This document shows positions 16,759 to 26,379 of a stretch of DNA of 64,000 nucleotides, piece after piece. Position 1 is the stretch's first letter. Every line of letters begins with the position of its first letter. Location: positions 2,590 through 66,589 of the IMG/VR virus record IMGVR_UViG_2871727361_000001; one strand, given 5' to 3'. Position numbers and translations under genes: made by a program. The notes beneath the pieces were generated by a model, which worked only from the letters and a program-made list of their open reading frames with translations, made no database searches and had not been told where the DNA came from. Origin of the DNA: a virus.

Positions 16759-17162
16759 TGGGAAATGTAAAACCTCACGAGTTTTTCGCGTGGCGTGTCG
16801 CTGAAGCTTATGTTCTGCATTTGATGACAACCAACCGTCGCCCTGTATATCGGTACTCGTCCGGAGACATTGAAGTTGATCGCCACTTTCTTATGCCGCT
16901 ATTGGATGGCTATCTGGCCGACAGAAAGCCTGAAGAATGGCGTGCAAAGTTCTATGTTTCGATGCTTCAGAAGCAATCTGAGCCTGACTCAAGATCAGTG
17001 TTTACTGGAGGGAAACCACCACTGCTTAATAGGCGCGGGATCAAGTACATGAACGCACTGGTACATGAGTTTGGTGACATGCTTGAGGATATTGGCAGGA
17101 GGGATGAGAAGGGACGGCTTACAATGCCACCTGACGATATCTATCCGGCAATGACGCTCTGA
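16755..17162 (+). CDS. Hypothetical protein
   Basis: 135 aa, coupled to KilA-N gene. Confidence 0.65.
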   Translation: MMGNVKPHEFFAWRVAEAYVLHLMTTNRRPVYRYSSGDIEVDRHFLMPLLDGYLADRKPEEWRAKFYVSMLQKQSEPDSRSVFTGGKPPLLNRRGIKYMNALVHEFGDMLEDIGRRDEKGRLTMPPDDIYPAMTL

Positions 17163-17269
17163 TTTTGGAGGCTCATCACTGATAGCCACTTTCACAACGG
17201 CTTTCATCACAGGGCCCATTTACGAGTGGGCCTGATGATGCCTCCCCCGACTACAGCGGTGCCTGAGGT

Positions 17270-17391
17270 AAAAAGAGCCACCACACCTGGCGTTGGAGGA
17301 TGCAAGGATATTGGTGTGGTGGCAAAGCGGTAAGTACAAGGTGAGCTGTCATGCTCAATTAGGATTCTAGGAAAGTTCTTAGAAAATACAA
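17270..17391 (-). ncRNA. Candidate stand-alone sRNA with promoter
   Basis: TTGTAT-16-TAGAAT promoter, 5' hairpin, 11-bp stem GCCACCACACC/GGTGTGGTGGC + TCTTTTT. Confidence 0.45.
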
Positions 17392-17568
17392 GTTTTATTA
17401 AATCCCCGCTGATACGGGGCTTTTTTGTATCTGCATTTCACCGCGCATCTCACGCGCATTTAACTCAGAACCTTTCAGGGTGACCCTTGAGGAATTCGGC
17501 TGGCTGTCGGATGCCTTCTGAGGGCCGTACTCCTGTGAGACAAGGTTCACCACTAAAAGGAAATTCCG

Positions 17569-18297
17569 ATGAGCAATATTATTCCGATTCAGTTCGAAGG
17601 CCATCCCATGCGATTTAATGAAGATGGATGGTTTGACGCCACAACAGCAGCAGATAAATTTGGGAAAGAACCAGCCCAATGGCTAAGGCTTCCTGAAACC
17701 GTTCGCTATCTTCATGCGCTGGAAGTTAGATATGGGAAAATCACATATGTAAAAACCAGCAGAGCTCGTAAGGATCGTGGCGGTGGAACATGGCTTCACC
17801 CCAAGCTGGCTGTTCGTTTCGCTCAATGGCTTTCGGTAGACTTTGAAATCTGGTGCGACGAGCAGATAGACGCGATTATCCGTAATGCGGGCTACCAGTC
17901 AGATGATGAGCGAATCAAGGCTATCTTTCTTCTAGACAAATCTCAGCCGTGGGAGAAGCGCTTTAGCGAGCCGTTTTATGCTGCGCTCTTTAAGATGTCC
18001 GGGTTACCCCGCCATCGCCCCGGCAGGCGTCCGGCATTGTTCGGGATGATAAGCGCCAAGTGGATTTATGGCCCAGTACTGCCACCTGAAGTTTATGCTG
18101 AAGTAAAAAGCAGGCTTGCTGCTGGTGACAAGATACACCAGTACCTTAAACCAGACGCATTACGGTTGGTAGAGAACCAGATAATAGCGGTGACCGGAAT
18201 CGCTAATGGTTGTAGCGACTACCGTGACTTCGAAGCGCGCTGCATGTCAGCATTCACGGTCAAAGGGCAGATGAAGCTACTGTATGCAGCAGCATAG
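17569..18297 (+). CDS. KilA-N + P63C-like domain protein
   Basis: GWFDATTAA..FGK, GGGTWLHPKLA; C-terminal PWEKRF...RP..FG..KWIY. Confidence 0.88.
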   Translation: MSNIIPIQFEGHPMRFNEDGWFDATTAADKFGKEPAQWLRLPETVRYLHALEVRYGKITYVKTSRARKDRGGGTWLHPKLAVRFAQWLSVDFEIWCDEQIDAIIRNAGYQSDDERIKAIFLLDKSQPWEKRFSEPFYAALFKMSGLPRHRPGRRPALFGMISAKWIYGPVLPPEVYAEVKSRLAAGDKIHQYLKPDALRLVENQIIAVTGIANGCSDYRDFEARCMSAFTVKGQMKLLYAAA

Positions 18298-18440
18298 AGA
18301 GCCACTTTCACAACGGCTTTTTAGAATATTCTTCCAAGGTTGCTAAATAGTGGCCTTCACAGAATAAACACACTGAATCCTGATGCGGTGTTATCGCAGC
18401 ATCACGGCAAAACACAAAACCAACCAGCAGGAAATGCTAA

Positions 18441-18953
18441 ATGGCAAAGCTCACCGACAAACAAGAGCTGTTTGCCCGTGAGTATTTGTCAGACCTGAAT
18501 GCAACTCAGGCAGCCAAGCGAGCGGGATACAGCGACAAAACCGCTTACAGCATTGGACAGGAAAACCTGAAGAAACCTGAAATACAGGATCGCATCGCAG
18601 AACTGAAAGCAGAGCGTAACGAGCGCGCGCAGGTTAACGCCGATTACGTCTTGCGCCGCTTGGTAGAGATTGACCAGATGGACGTGCTCGACATCCTCAA
18701 CGCCAACGGTGAGCTGAAGCCAATCAAAGACTGGCCCAAAGTCTGGCGCACCACGCTGTCAGGTATGGACGTCACTGAGGTGGCAGGTGATGCGGCTGGG
18801 CTGCTGAAGAAAATCAAATGGCCGGACAAGGTCAAGAACCTCGAATTGCTTGGTAAGCATGTAACTGTCCAGGCATTCCGCGAGCAGGTAAAAACTGAGC
18901 ACGATGTGGTAGGTACGCTTTCCGACCTGATGGACGATCTCGCTAAGGGGTGA
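18441..18953 (+). CDS. terS: Terminase small subunit
   Basis: LTDKQELFAREYLSDLNATQAAKRAGYS, KVKNLELLGKH. Confidence 0.95.
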   Translation: MAKLTDKQELFAREYLSDLNATQAAKRAGYSDKTAYSIGQENLKKPEIQDRIAELKAERNERAQVNADYVLRRLVEIDQMDVLDILNANGELKPIKDWPKVWRTTLSGMDVTEVAGDAAGLLKKIKWPDKVKNLELLGKHVTVQAFREQVKTEHDVVGTLSDLMDDLAKG

Positions 18954-20443
18954 GAATGAAGCCAGAACACCTCAAGCTTCTGCGGGATAAGCTCTGGCGA
19001 CTGAATCACCTATACTGGATAACCGACAAAGAAGGCAAGCCAGTACGTTTCCAAATGACGCCTGAGCAGCTTGAATACTTCGAGGGCATGCATACCCGTA
19101 ACATCATCCTGAAGGCTCGCCAGTTAGGCTTCACCACCGAGGTGTGTATTATCCAGCTGGACGCGGCTTTGTTCGAAGCTGCCAAATGCGCCCTGATTGC
19201 TCATACCCTAAATGATGCTAAACGCCTGTTCCGCGAAAAGGTGAAATACGCCTATGACCGGCTGCCGGCAGAAATCAGGGCTGCTAACCCGGCGAGCAAT
19301 GACTCTGCGGGTGAGCTGGTATTCAAGAAGGGTGGATCACTATACGTCAGTACGTCATTCCGTGGCGGCACGCTGCGTTTCCTGCACGTTTCAGAGTTCG
19401 GCAAGATATGCGCTAAGTTTCCCGATAAAGCGCGGGAGATCGTCACTGGTGCGTTTGAGGCGGTATCAAGTGACTGCTTTACCACGATTGAGAGCACGGC
19501 TGAAGGTCGTGCTAGTTACTTTTTCGATTACTGCCAGACGGCTGAGAAAGCTCAACTGCAGGGTAAGCAGCTGTCTAACCTCGACTGGAAGTTTTTCTTC
19601 TTCTCCTGGTGGAAGAATCCACTTTATGCAATCGACCCGGTAGAGCCACTACCGCAGCGTCTGAGCGATTATTTTGACAATATTGAGGCTAAGCAGGGCA
19701 TCAGCCTGAACGAGCGTCAGAAGGCTTGGTATTACGCCAAAGAGAAGACGCTCGGCGACGATATGAAGCGCGAGTATCCATCGATACCGGCTGAAGCCTT
19801 TGAGCAGTCTGTCGAGGGTGCCTACTACGCTAAGCAGTTCCGCTGGCTCTACACGAATAAGCGTGTTGGTGAGCTGCCTGATAACTCTCATCAGTTGGTT
19901 CACACCTTCTGGGATTTAGGCGTAGGTGACTCAACGGCCATCTGGTTCGTGCGTGAGATTGGTGATGAGTTCCACGTTATCGACTACTACGAGAACAGCG
20001 GCGAAGGCCTTCGTCACTACATGAAGGTGCTGAAAGACCGCGGCTACGAATATGGCGACCACTGGGCACCGCACGACATCGATAACCGAGAGTTTTCCGG
20101 TGATGGCAAAAGCCGTAAACAGATAGCAGCGGAAGGCCTCGAGATAGATGGGCAGGTTTACTCTATCCGTTTCAAAGTCGCGCCAAAGCTCGGTGTTGAC
20201 ACCGGCATCGACTCAGTACGTGAAATCCTCCCCAAATGCGCTTTCGACTCCGCTAAATGTGAGCAGGGTATCTCTCACCTTGAGGGCTACCGCAAGGAGT
20301 GGGACGACAAGCGCGGCTGCTGGAAAGACAAGCCGCTGCACGACTTCACATCGCACGGTGCTGATGCGTTCCGATATTTTGCCGTCGTCAAAAAGAATGT
20401 ACGCAAAGCTGCTTACTCAATCTCAATGGATACCACCTACTGA
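18950..20443 (+). CDS. terL: Terminase large subunit
   Basis: ILKARQLGFTT Walker A, LHVSE Walker B, WDLGVGDST nuclease, HGADAFRY. Confidence 0.95.
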   Translation: MRMKPEHLKLLRDKLWRLNHLYWITDKEGKPVRFQMTPEQLEYFEGMHTRNIILKARQLGFTTEVCIIQLDAALFEAAKCALIAHTLNDAKRLFREKVKYAYDRLPAEIRAANPASNDSAGELVFKKGGSLYVSTSFRGGTLRFLHVSEFGKICAKFPDKAREIVTGAFEAVSSDCFTTIESTAEGRASYFFDYCQTAEKAQLQGKQLSNLDWKFFFFSWWKNPLYAIDPVEPLPQRLSDYFDNIEAKQGISLNERQKAWYYAKEKTLGDDMKREYPSIPAEAFEQSVEGAYYAKQFRWLYTNKRVGELPDNSHQLVHTFWDLGVGDSTAIWFVREIGDEFHVIDYYENSGEGLRHYMKVLKDRGYEYGDHWAPHDIDNREFSGDGKSRKQIAAEGLEIDGQVYSIRFKVAPKLGVDTGIDSVREILPKCAFDSAKCEQGISHLEGYRKEWDDKRGCWKDKPLHDFTSHGADAFRYFAVVKKNVRKAAYSISMDTTY

Positions 20444-21861
20444 TGGCAAACTACGACATCACTTTTGTGCGGCCGGAACAAAAAGCGGCCTGCGCCAGCT
20501 GGAAAAAGCTGCGCGATTTCTGCCGGGGCGCGGATGCCGTAAGGGCTGCCGGGCATGCCTATCTGCCTAAGCTGGACCCCTCCGATACCTCGGAGCGCAA
20601 CAAACGGCGCAATGATGATTATCTGGCGCGCGCGGTGTTTTATGAAATAACCGGCAACACCAAAATTGGCATGCTGGGCATGGCTTTTCGTAAAGACCCG
20701 ACTTTCACCGGACCGGATAAACTTACCTACTTGCTGACCAACGCTGACGGTGCTGGCACTAGTATTTACCAGCAGTCGCAGCTGGTGACCGAGAACGTGT
20801 TGGAAGTGGCGCGTGATGGCCTCTACGTCGATTTTGCCGAGGATGGCCAGCAGGCGATCATCTTGCGATATCAGGCCGAGCAGATTACAAACTGGCGAAC
20901 AGAGCGCGTTAACGGGCGCAATCGCTTGGTATTAGTGGTGCTGCGCGAGTGCATCGAAGAGCCGGATGGCTATGGCTTCAAGGAGCTGATTCAGTACCGA
21001 GAGCTGGCGCTGGAAGAGGGGCGGTTTAAGTGCCGCGTCTGGCGGCGTAGCGGGGATACGCAAAACGGAACGTTCGAGATCAGCAGCGAGTATGAGCCCA
21101 AGCCGAAGGGAGAGAACTTCTGGGATGAAATTCCTTTCACCTTCGTTGGTGCGCAAAATAACGATCCGACAATCGATGAATCTCCGTTGGCGGCACTGAC
21201 CGAAATTAACCATGGGCACTACCGCAACAGCGCTGACTATGAGGACAGCGTCTGGTTCTGTGGGCAGGTGCAGCCGCACATCTCCGGCCTCGACGAGGGC
21301 TGGCGCGATCACCTCGAGAAAACAGGCATAAAGATCGGCTCACGATCGCCACTGCTGTTACCTAAAGAGGGTAATTTTGGTTACGCCCAGGCTCAGCCGA
21401 ATATGCTGGCGAAAGAGGCTATGGACAGCAAGCGCGATTACATGGTGGCTCTCGGTGCCCGATTGATAGAACAGAATGCGACGGCGAAGACCGCAACCCA
21501 GTCGAGCAGCGAACATAGCTCGTCTACCTCGGTTCTGGGTATTTGCGTCTCTAACGTATCAGAGGCCTATAGTCGCGTACTGACCTGGTGCGCCCGCTAT
21601 ATCGGATTAAAGGGCGAAGCAGTGGCTTACACCATCAGCCATGAATTCATCGCACGAGTGGCAGAGTCCGGCATGGTGACCGCTGTCGTTAACGCCTGGC
21701 AGTCCGGAGCCATTCGTAGCGCCGATTTAGTCAGAGCTATGCAGAAGCTGGACCTCATAGACCCAGCCGCCGATCCGGAATCGGTTATCGACGAGCTGAA
21801 TAATTCCACACCCACGCTGATCGGCGGTAGCAATGAACAAGGTAAACAACCGCCTGCGTGA
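20443..21861 (+). CDS. Portal protein (DUF4055-like)
   Basis: 472 aa after terL; YLARAVFY, NLGHY-like NHGHYRNSADYE. Confidence 0.88.
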   Translation: MANYDITFVRPEQKAACASWKKLRDFCRGADAVRAAGHAYLPKLDPSDTSERNKRRNDDYLARAVFYEITGNTKIGMLGMAFRKDPTFTGPDKLTYLLTNADGAGTSIYQQSQLVTENVLEVARDGLYVDFAEDGQQAIILRYQAEQITNWRTERVNGRNRLVLVVLRECIEEPDGYGFKELIQYRELALEEGRFKCRVWRRSGDTQNGTFEISSEYEPKPKGENFWDEIPFTFVGAQNNDPTIDESPLAALTEINHGHYRNSADYEDSVWFCGQVQPHISGLDEGWRDHLEKTGIKIGSRSPLLLPKEGNFGYAQAQPNMLAKEAMDSKRDYMVALGARLIEQNATAKTATQSSSEHSSSTSVLGICVSNVSEAYSRVLTWCARYIGLKGEAVAYTISHEFIARVAESGMVTAVVNAWQSGAIRSADLVRAMQKLDLIDPAADPESVIDELNNSTPTLIGGSNEQGKQPPA

Positions 21862-23593
21862 TGAGGCTATCGCACATTCGCTGTTTGTCAGCCGCTACGG
21901 TACCGGGGCAGCGAGGCGTATGGTGAAAATCCTCAATGACAGCGACGCTGAGCTGTCGGCACGCCTGCTGGTGGCACTGGAAGACCTGCCGCGCGAAAGT
22001 TTCACCGTGGCGAGACTGGAGAGTCTGCTGGACAGCGTGCGAAAAGTGAACAGCATAGCGGTTCAGGGCGCGTTCGGCACGCTGGCCGATGAGCTGCTGG
22101 CTTTGTCTTCGCATGAGGTGGGTTATCAGTACGATCTGTTCAGTAATTTGCTTCCCGGCCCTGTGCTGCGCCGTTATCCACTGGCGGCAATAACGCCTGA
22201 TGTGGTCTATGCCACGGCAATGTCTCGTCCTTTTCAGGGGCGGCTACTGAAGGAGTGGGCGGATAATCTCGAGGCCGATCGGCTTGCCCGAGTGATGAAC
22301 GCGGTGCGCACCGGCTATATGGCTGGCGATAGTACCGAGCAGATCGCCCGCAAGGTGCGTGGTACCGCAGCTGCTAACCGGCAGGATGGCGCGCTGCAGA
22401 TGAGCCGGGCCAACGCCATGAGCATTACCAAAACGGCGGTGAACCATCTTGCGGCGATTGCGCGTGACAGTTTCGCTGAGGCAAATAGCGATATTCTCGA
22501 CTGTAAGCAGTGGTTATCCACGCTCGATAATAAGACAACGCCAATCTGCATCATTCGCGACCGGAAAAAATACACGCTGGAAGGAAAGCCCGTGGGGCAT
22601 AAAATCCCTTATCTACAGGGACCTGGCCGTATCCATTTTTGCTGCCGATCCACTGAAACGCTGGTCACCAAATCGTGGCGCGAGCTGGGGATAGGCAGTG
22701 ACGAAATGTCGCCTGGCACCCGTGCCAGTATGGATGGACAGGTGCCGGAGGATACTACCTATCTGGAATGGCTCGCTCGTCAGTCTCCGGTGCGGCAGGA
22801 TCAGGTGCTGGGTACCGAGCGTGGGCGACTTTTCCGCGCCGGTAAGTTGCAGCTGGGGGATATGTTTACCGATAAGGGTGAATGGCTGACGCTGGGCCAG
22901 CTTAAAGCATTATCAGAGTCGAAACAGGCCGGGAAATATCCCGGCTTTTCTTTGGCTGACGCGCAATCGGTGGCAGATATTGAGAAAGGGATGCGTGGCA
23001 TTATTGCCGATGAAATCCGCTTTCCGGAGGGCACTACGCTGGAGTCAGCACGAATCGCCGCCGGCGCAATGCGGGACGTAATTGAACGCTTCGATCTACC
23101 GCCGGTGAGTTCGTTTGGTGAGGTGCCGGGGATTAAAGGTTCTGCTGCCGGTGCATATGTTTCTGAAACGAAATCTGTGCATATCACACCTTGGGCACTG
23201 AAGCAGGAGGAGTGGCGTAACTTTGCGCTTCAGCAGACGAAATATGATTTTGTTTCGGATTTATCGCTGGATAAGTTGTTCACCATTTCTGATTCTGCAG
23301 CTGATGCGGCAGAAAAAATCCAGTTCAATTATGCGGCTGTAGCCAGTATCGCAGGGACTGTAATTCATGAAATGGGACATCATCTTTATTACCAACGGCT
23401 GGCAGAGGTCAGAAAAATAACTGCAGAAGCTTATAAGGGCGGGTGGTGGCGTCCGGTCAGTTATTACGCATCTGAGAACGAGAGGGAATTGTTTGCCGAA
23501 ACTCTTGCGATGTTCATGCTTGGCAGCGAGGATGATCAGACACGTATCGAACCGGAGCTCCTTGCATGGCTGAAGAAGAACTCAAATACCTGA
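21833..23593 (+). CDS. MuF/gp7-type minor head protein with C-terminal HExxH metalloprotease extension
   Basis: WLSTLDNKTTPIC...HFCCRS MuF motifs; HEMGH, SYYAS, ELFAE in the last about 200 aa. Confidence 0.85.
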   Translation: MNKVNNRLRDEAIAHSLFVSRYGTGAARRMVKILNDSDAELSARLLVALEDLPRESFTVARLESLLDSVRKVNSIAVQGAFGTLADELLALSSHEVGYQYDLFSNLLPGPVLRRYPLAAITPDVVYATAMSRPFQGRLLKEWADNLEADRLARVMNAVRTGYMAGDSTEQIARKVRGTAAANRQDGALQMSRANAMSITKTAVNHLAAIARDSFAEANSDILDCKQWLSTLDNKTTPICIIRDRKKYTLEGKPVGHKIPYLQGPGRIHFCCRSTETLVTKSWRELGIGSDEMSPGTRASMDGQVPEDTTYLEWLARQSPVRQDQVLGTERGRLFRAGKLQLGDMFTDKGEWLTLGQLKALSESKQAGKYPGFSLADAQSVADIEKGMRGIIADEIRFPEGTTLESARIAAGAMRDVIERFDLPPVSSFGEVPGIKGSAAGAYVSETKSVHITPWALKQEEWRNFALQQTKYDFVSDLSLDKLFTISDSAADAAEKIQFNYAAVASIAGTVIHEMGHHLYYQRLAEVRKITAEAYKGGWWRPVSYYASENERELFAETLAMFMLGSEDDQTRIEPELLAWLKKNSNT

Positions 23594-23754
23594 AAATGGC
23601 GCATAACCTGTACCACTCAAAACCTCGCCCAGATGATCTTGTTGAGCAACTCGATGAGCTGGCCAGAATGGCCGGTGGAACAACTGTGGAAGCGAGGATG
23701 ATAGGTTCTCTGGTGAGCGCAGCAACAATGGACGAGGCCAACGGTCACGTCTGA
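23566..23754 (+). CDS. Small protein, candidate immunity to MuF toxin
   Basis: 52-62 aa (ATG 23566 or 23596) directly after MuF, then terminator 23774-23800. Confidence 0.55.
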   Translation: MAEEELKYLKMAHNLYHSKPRPDDLVEQLDELARMAGGTTVEARMIGSLVSAATMDEANGHV

Positions 23755-23835
23755 CAACGATTTTTAACACAATAAGGCTGCCTATGGGCGGCCTTTTTTT
23801 ATGGGCAAAGCCCGGCAAATCCCAAGGGGAAACTG

Positions 23836-24609
23836 ATGCTAATTCGTAACATGCTTACTAAATATTACACCGCTGCCGGCGAAGAAGAAGGCGGCGGTGG
23901 CGGCGGTGGTCAGCCGGAAATTACACCGGAAATGCAGAAGCTAATTGATGAGCGGGTGGCCTCAGAGGTCACCGGCCTGAAAAACAAAAACGCTGAGCTG
24001 CTGGGTACCCTCAAACAACATAAAGAACATCTGTCCCGCTTTGAGGGCATCGATCCTGACGCCGTGCGCAGCATCCTGCAGCGTTTTTCCGACGACGAAG
24101 AGGCAAAGCTTATTGCCGCCGGAAAAATTGACGAGGTGCTGGATAAGCGTACTGAGCGTATGCGTTCTGACGTTGATAAGCAGATCAAGGCGGCCAATGA
24201 ACGCGCCGACAAGGCAGAGGCGTTTTCCAATAAATTTCGGGATCGGGTGCTTGGCGACGCTATCCGTGCAGCAGCGGCAAAAGCCGGTGCGCTGGCGGAG
24301 GCCTCCGACGACCTGATCCTGCGCGCCAAAGGCGCATTCCAGCTCAACAACGAAGGCGAGGCCGTAGCGGTTGATGCAAATGGTGATGTTCTGTTCGGCA
24401 AAGACGGAAAGACGCCGCTGACCCCTCTGGAGTGGGCCGAGTCGCTCAAGGAGACGGCTCCCCACCTGTTCCCGCGCGCTGAAGGTACCGGCGCAGGCGG
24501 GCACAAGCAGGGCGGCGGCAGCCTGAAACGCTCGGAAATGACCTCCACCGATAAAGCAGCCTATATCCGTAAGCACGGCCAGCAGGCTTTCCTCCAGCTT
24601 CCTAAATAA
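23836..24609 (+). CDS. Capsid scaffolding protein
   Basis: Helical charged protein upstream of capsid gene, APHLF..GTGAGG. Confidence 0.8.
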   Translation: MLIRNMLTKYYTAAGEEEGGGGGGGQPEITPEMQKLIDERVASEVTGLKNKNAELLGTLKQHKEHLSRFEGIDPDAVRSILQRFSDDEEAKLIAAGKIDEVLDKRTERMRSDVDKQIKAANERADKAEAFSNKFRDRVLGDAIRAAAAKAGALAEASDDLILRAKGAFQLNNEGEAVAVDANGDVLFGKDGKTPLTPLEWAESLKETAPHLFPRAEGTGAGGHKQGGGSLKRSEMTSTDKAAYIRKHGQQAFLQLPK

Positions 24610-24623
24610 AGGATTTAACGACG

Positions 24624-25577
24624 ATGGCAACCACTGTTAACAGTGACCTGAAGATTTACGACGACTTGGCGCAGACCGCGTTTCTCGAGCGCCGCCAGGA
24701 TAATCTGGAGGTGTTTAACGCCTCCTCTAACGGCGCGATCCTGCTGGATAACGAGCTGATCGAAGGCGATTTTCGCAAGCGCGCATTCTACAAAGTCGGC
24801 GGCAGCATTGAGTCGCGCGACGTCAACTCAACCAGCACCATCAGCGGCAAAAAAATCGGTGCCGGTGAGGCGGTATCGGTTAAGGCGCCATGGAAATACG
24901 GCCCTTACGAAACCACCGAAGAGGCGTTTAAACGCCGCGGCCGCAGCGTGGATGAGTTCTCAGAAGTGATCGGCGTGGACGTGGCTGATGCTACCCTCGA
25001 AGGTTACGTGAAGTACGGCCTGAAAGGGTTGGTGGCGGCGATTGGCGCGAACGACGAAATGGTGGTGAACGCCAATATCGCCACCGACGGTAAGAAAACC
25101 CTGACCCGTGGCCTGCGTAAGTACGGCGACAAATTTAACCGCGTGGTGCTGTTCGTCATGCACTCCGCCACCTACTTCGACATCATCGACGAGGCGATCG
25201 CCAATAAGATTTACGAAGAGGCTGGCGTGGTGGTGTACGGCGGCCAGCCGGGCACCCTGGGTAAACCGGTGCTGGTCACCGATACCATGGACGTGAACGC
25301 GATCCTCGGGCTGGTGACCGGTGCGGTGACCATCACCGAATCGCAGGCTCCGGGCTTCCGCTCCTACGACATCAATACCCAAGAGAACCTCGCGGTGGGC
25401 TACCGTGCGGAAGGTACCGTTAACGTTGAGCTGATGGGTTACAGCTGGGACACCTCCAAAGGCGAAAACCCGGACCTGACCAAGATCGGCACCGGTGCCA
25501 ACTGGAAAAAGCACGTCACCAGCAACAAATCCACGGCTGGCGTGCTGATCAAGCTGGATGCCGCCGCGGGGGAGTAA
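24624..25577 (+). CDS. Major capsid protein
   Basis: 317 aa, strong codon bias, position after scaffold. Confidence 0.88.
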   Translation: MATTVNSDLKIYDDLAQTAFLERRQDNLEVFNASSNGAILLDNELIEGDFRKRAFYKVGGSIESRDVNSTSTISGKKIGAGEAVSVKAPWKYGPYETTEEAFKRRGRSVDEFSEVIGVDVADATLEGYVKYGLKGLVAAIGANDEMVVNANIATDGKKTLTRGLRKYGDKFNRVVLFVMHSATYFDIIDEAIANKIYEEAGVVVYGGQPGTLGKPVLVTDTMDVNAILGLVTGAVTITESQAPGFRSYDINTQENLAVGYRAEGTVNVELMGYSWDTSKGENPDLTKIGTGANWKKHVTSNKSTAGVLIKLDAAAGE

Positions 25578-25858
25578 TGCTGTCGGCGGATAAAACCACC
25601 GCAACTGCTGACGGCACTGACGCGGTAACCCTGGCGCTGAAATACACCAGAGACGGCGCAGGCGTCGCTGGGGCGAATGTCTTGTGGACGACGACCGGCG
25701 GGATCCTTGGTACTAACTCATCCCGTACGGGCTCATCCGGCGGCACGACGGTGAAAATCACCTCGGCCACTGCCGGCACGTTCACGGTCACCGCTTCGGT
25801 GGATGGCGTGAGCCAGACGTCGCAGACGATTACCTACACCGCGCCGACAGGTGACTAA
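25577..25858 (+). CDS. Ig-like (Big_1-type) decoration domain
   Basis: LSADKTTATADGTDAVTL, GTFTVTASVDG; in -1 frame relative to capsid. Confidence 0.75.
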   Translation: MLSADKTTATADGTDAVTLALKYTRDGAGVAGANVLWTTTGGILGTNSSRTGSSGGTTVKITSATAGTFTVTASVDGVSQTSQTITYTAPTGD

Positions 25859-25895
25859 CCATATGGGGCGTAAGCCCCATCACCCAGGGGGAAGC

Positions 25896-26378
25896 ATGAT
25901 TAATAGCGATCCCGATTCGCCCGACTTTAACAGCTACGCCAGCGTGGCGGTTCTGGAGTCATTCGCGGACCGGCGGGGCAGGGAGATCACCGGCGACATT
26001 GAGGTGATGCTGACCCGTGCCATGGATTATTTAGAGGGGCTTGAGTGGGACGGGCGGCGTACTGACCCGTATCAACCGCTGGCGTGGCCGCGCAGCGATG
26101 CCTGGTTCGATGGCTACCCGATCCCTGCCAGAAAAATTCCCCGCCAAGTCATCAATGCACAGTGCATGCTGGCGCTGGAGGCGATGAACGGGGAGCTGCT
26201 GGGCAGCGTACGCGAAGCGGCAGTGAAGTCGGAGCGCGTGGAAGGGGCAGTGACCACCACCTATGCGGTAGCAGACGGCGAGACGTTCACCCCGCAGTAT
26301 CCGGCCGTGTTCGCGGTGCTGGGGACTCTTACCGCCGGGCGTGGATTTTCTATCAACTCCTTTGCCGAGCGGGGCTGA
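25896..26378 (+). CDS. Head-tail connector (DnaT-like annotation)
   Basis: NSYASV, RAMDYLE, QPLAWPR, IP..V..AQC.LA. Confidence 0.8.
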   Translation: MINSDPDSPDFNSYASVAVLESFADRRGREITGDIEVMLTRAMDYLEGLEWDGRRTDPYQPLAWPRSDAWFDGYPIPARKIPRQVINAQCMLALEAMNGELLGSVREAAVKSERVEGAVTTTYAVADGETFTPQYPAVFAVLGTLTAGRGFSINSFAERG

Positions 26379-26379
26379 T

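Noticed and set aside
17240-17247. Target of the first C4-like RNA loop (TGCCTCCC)
   Set aside because: One 8-nt match is expected by chance in 64 kb, and it is not within a leader
17363-17373. GATTCTAGGAA shared with the att flank at 46610
   Set aside because: 11-mer with no supporting context; likely chance
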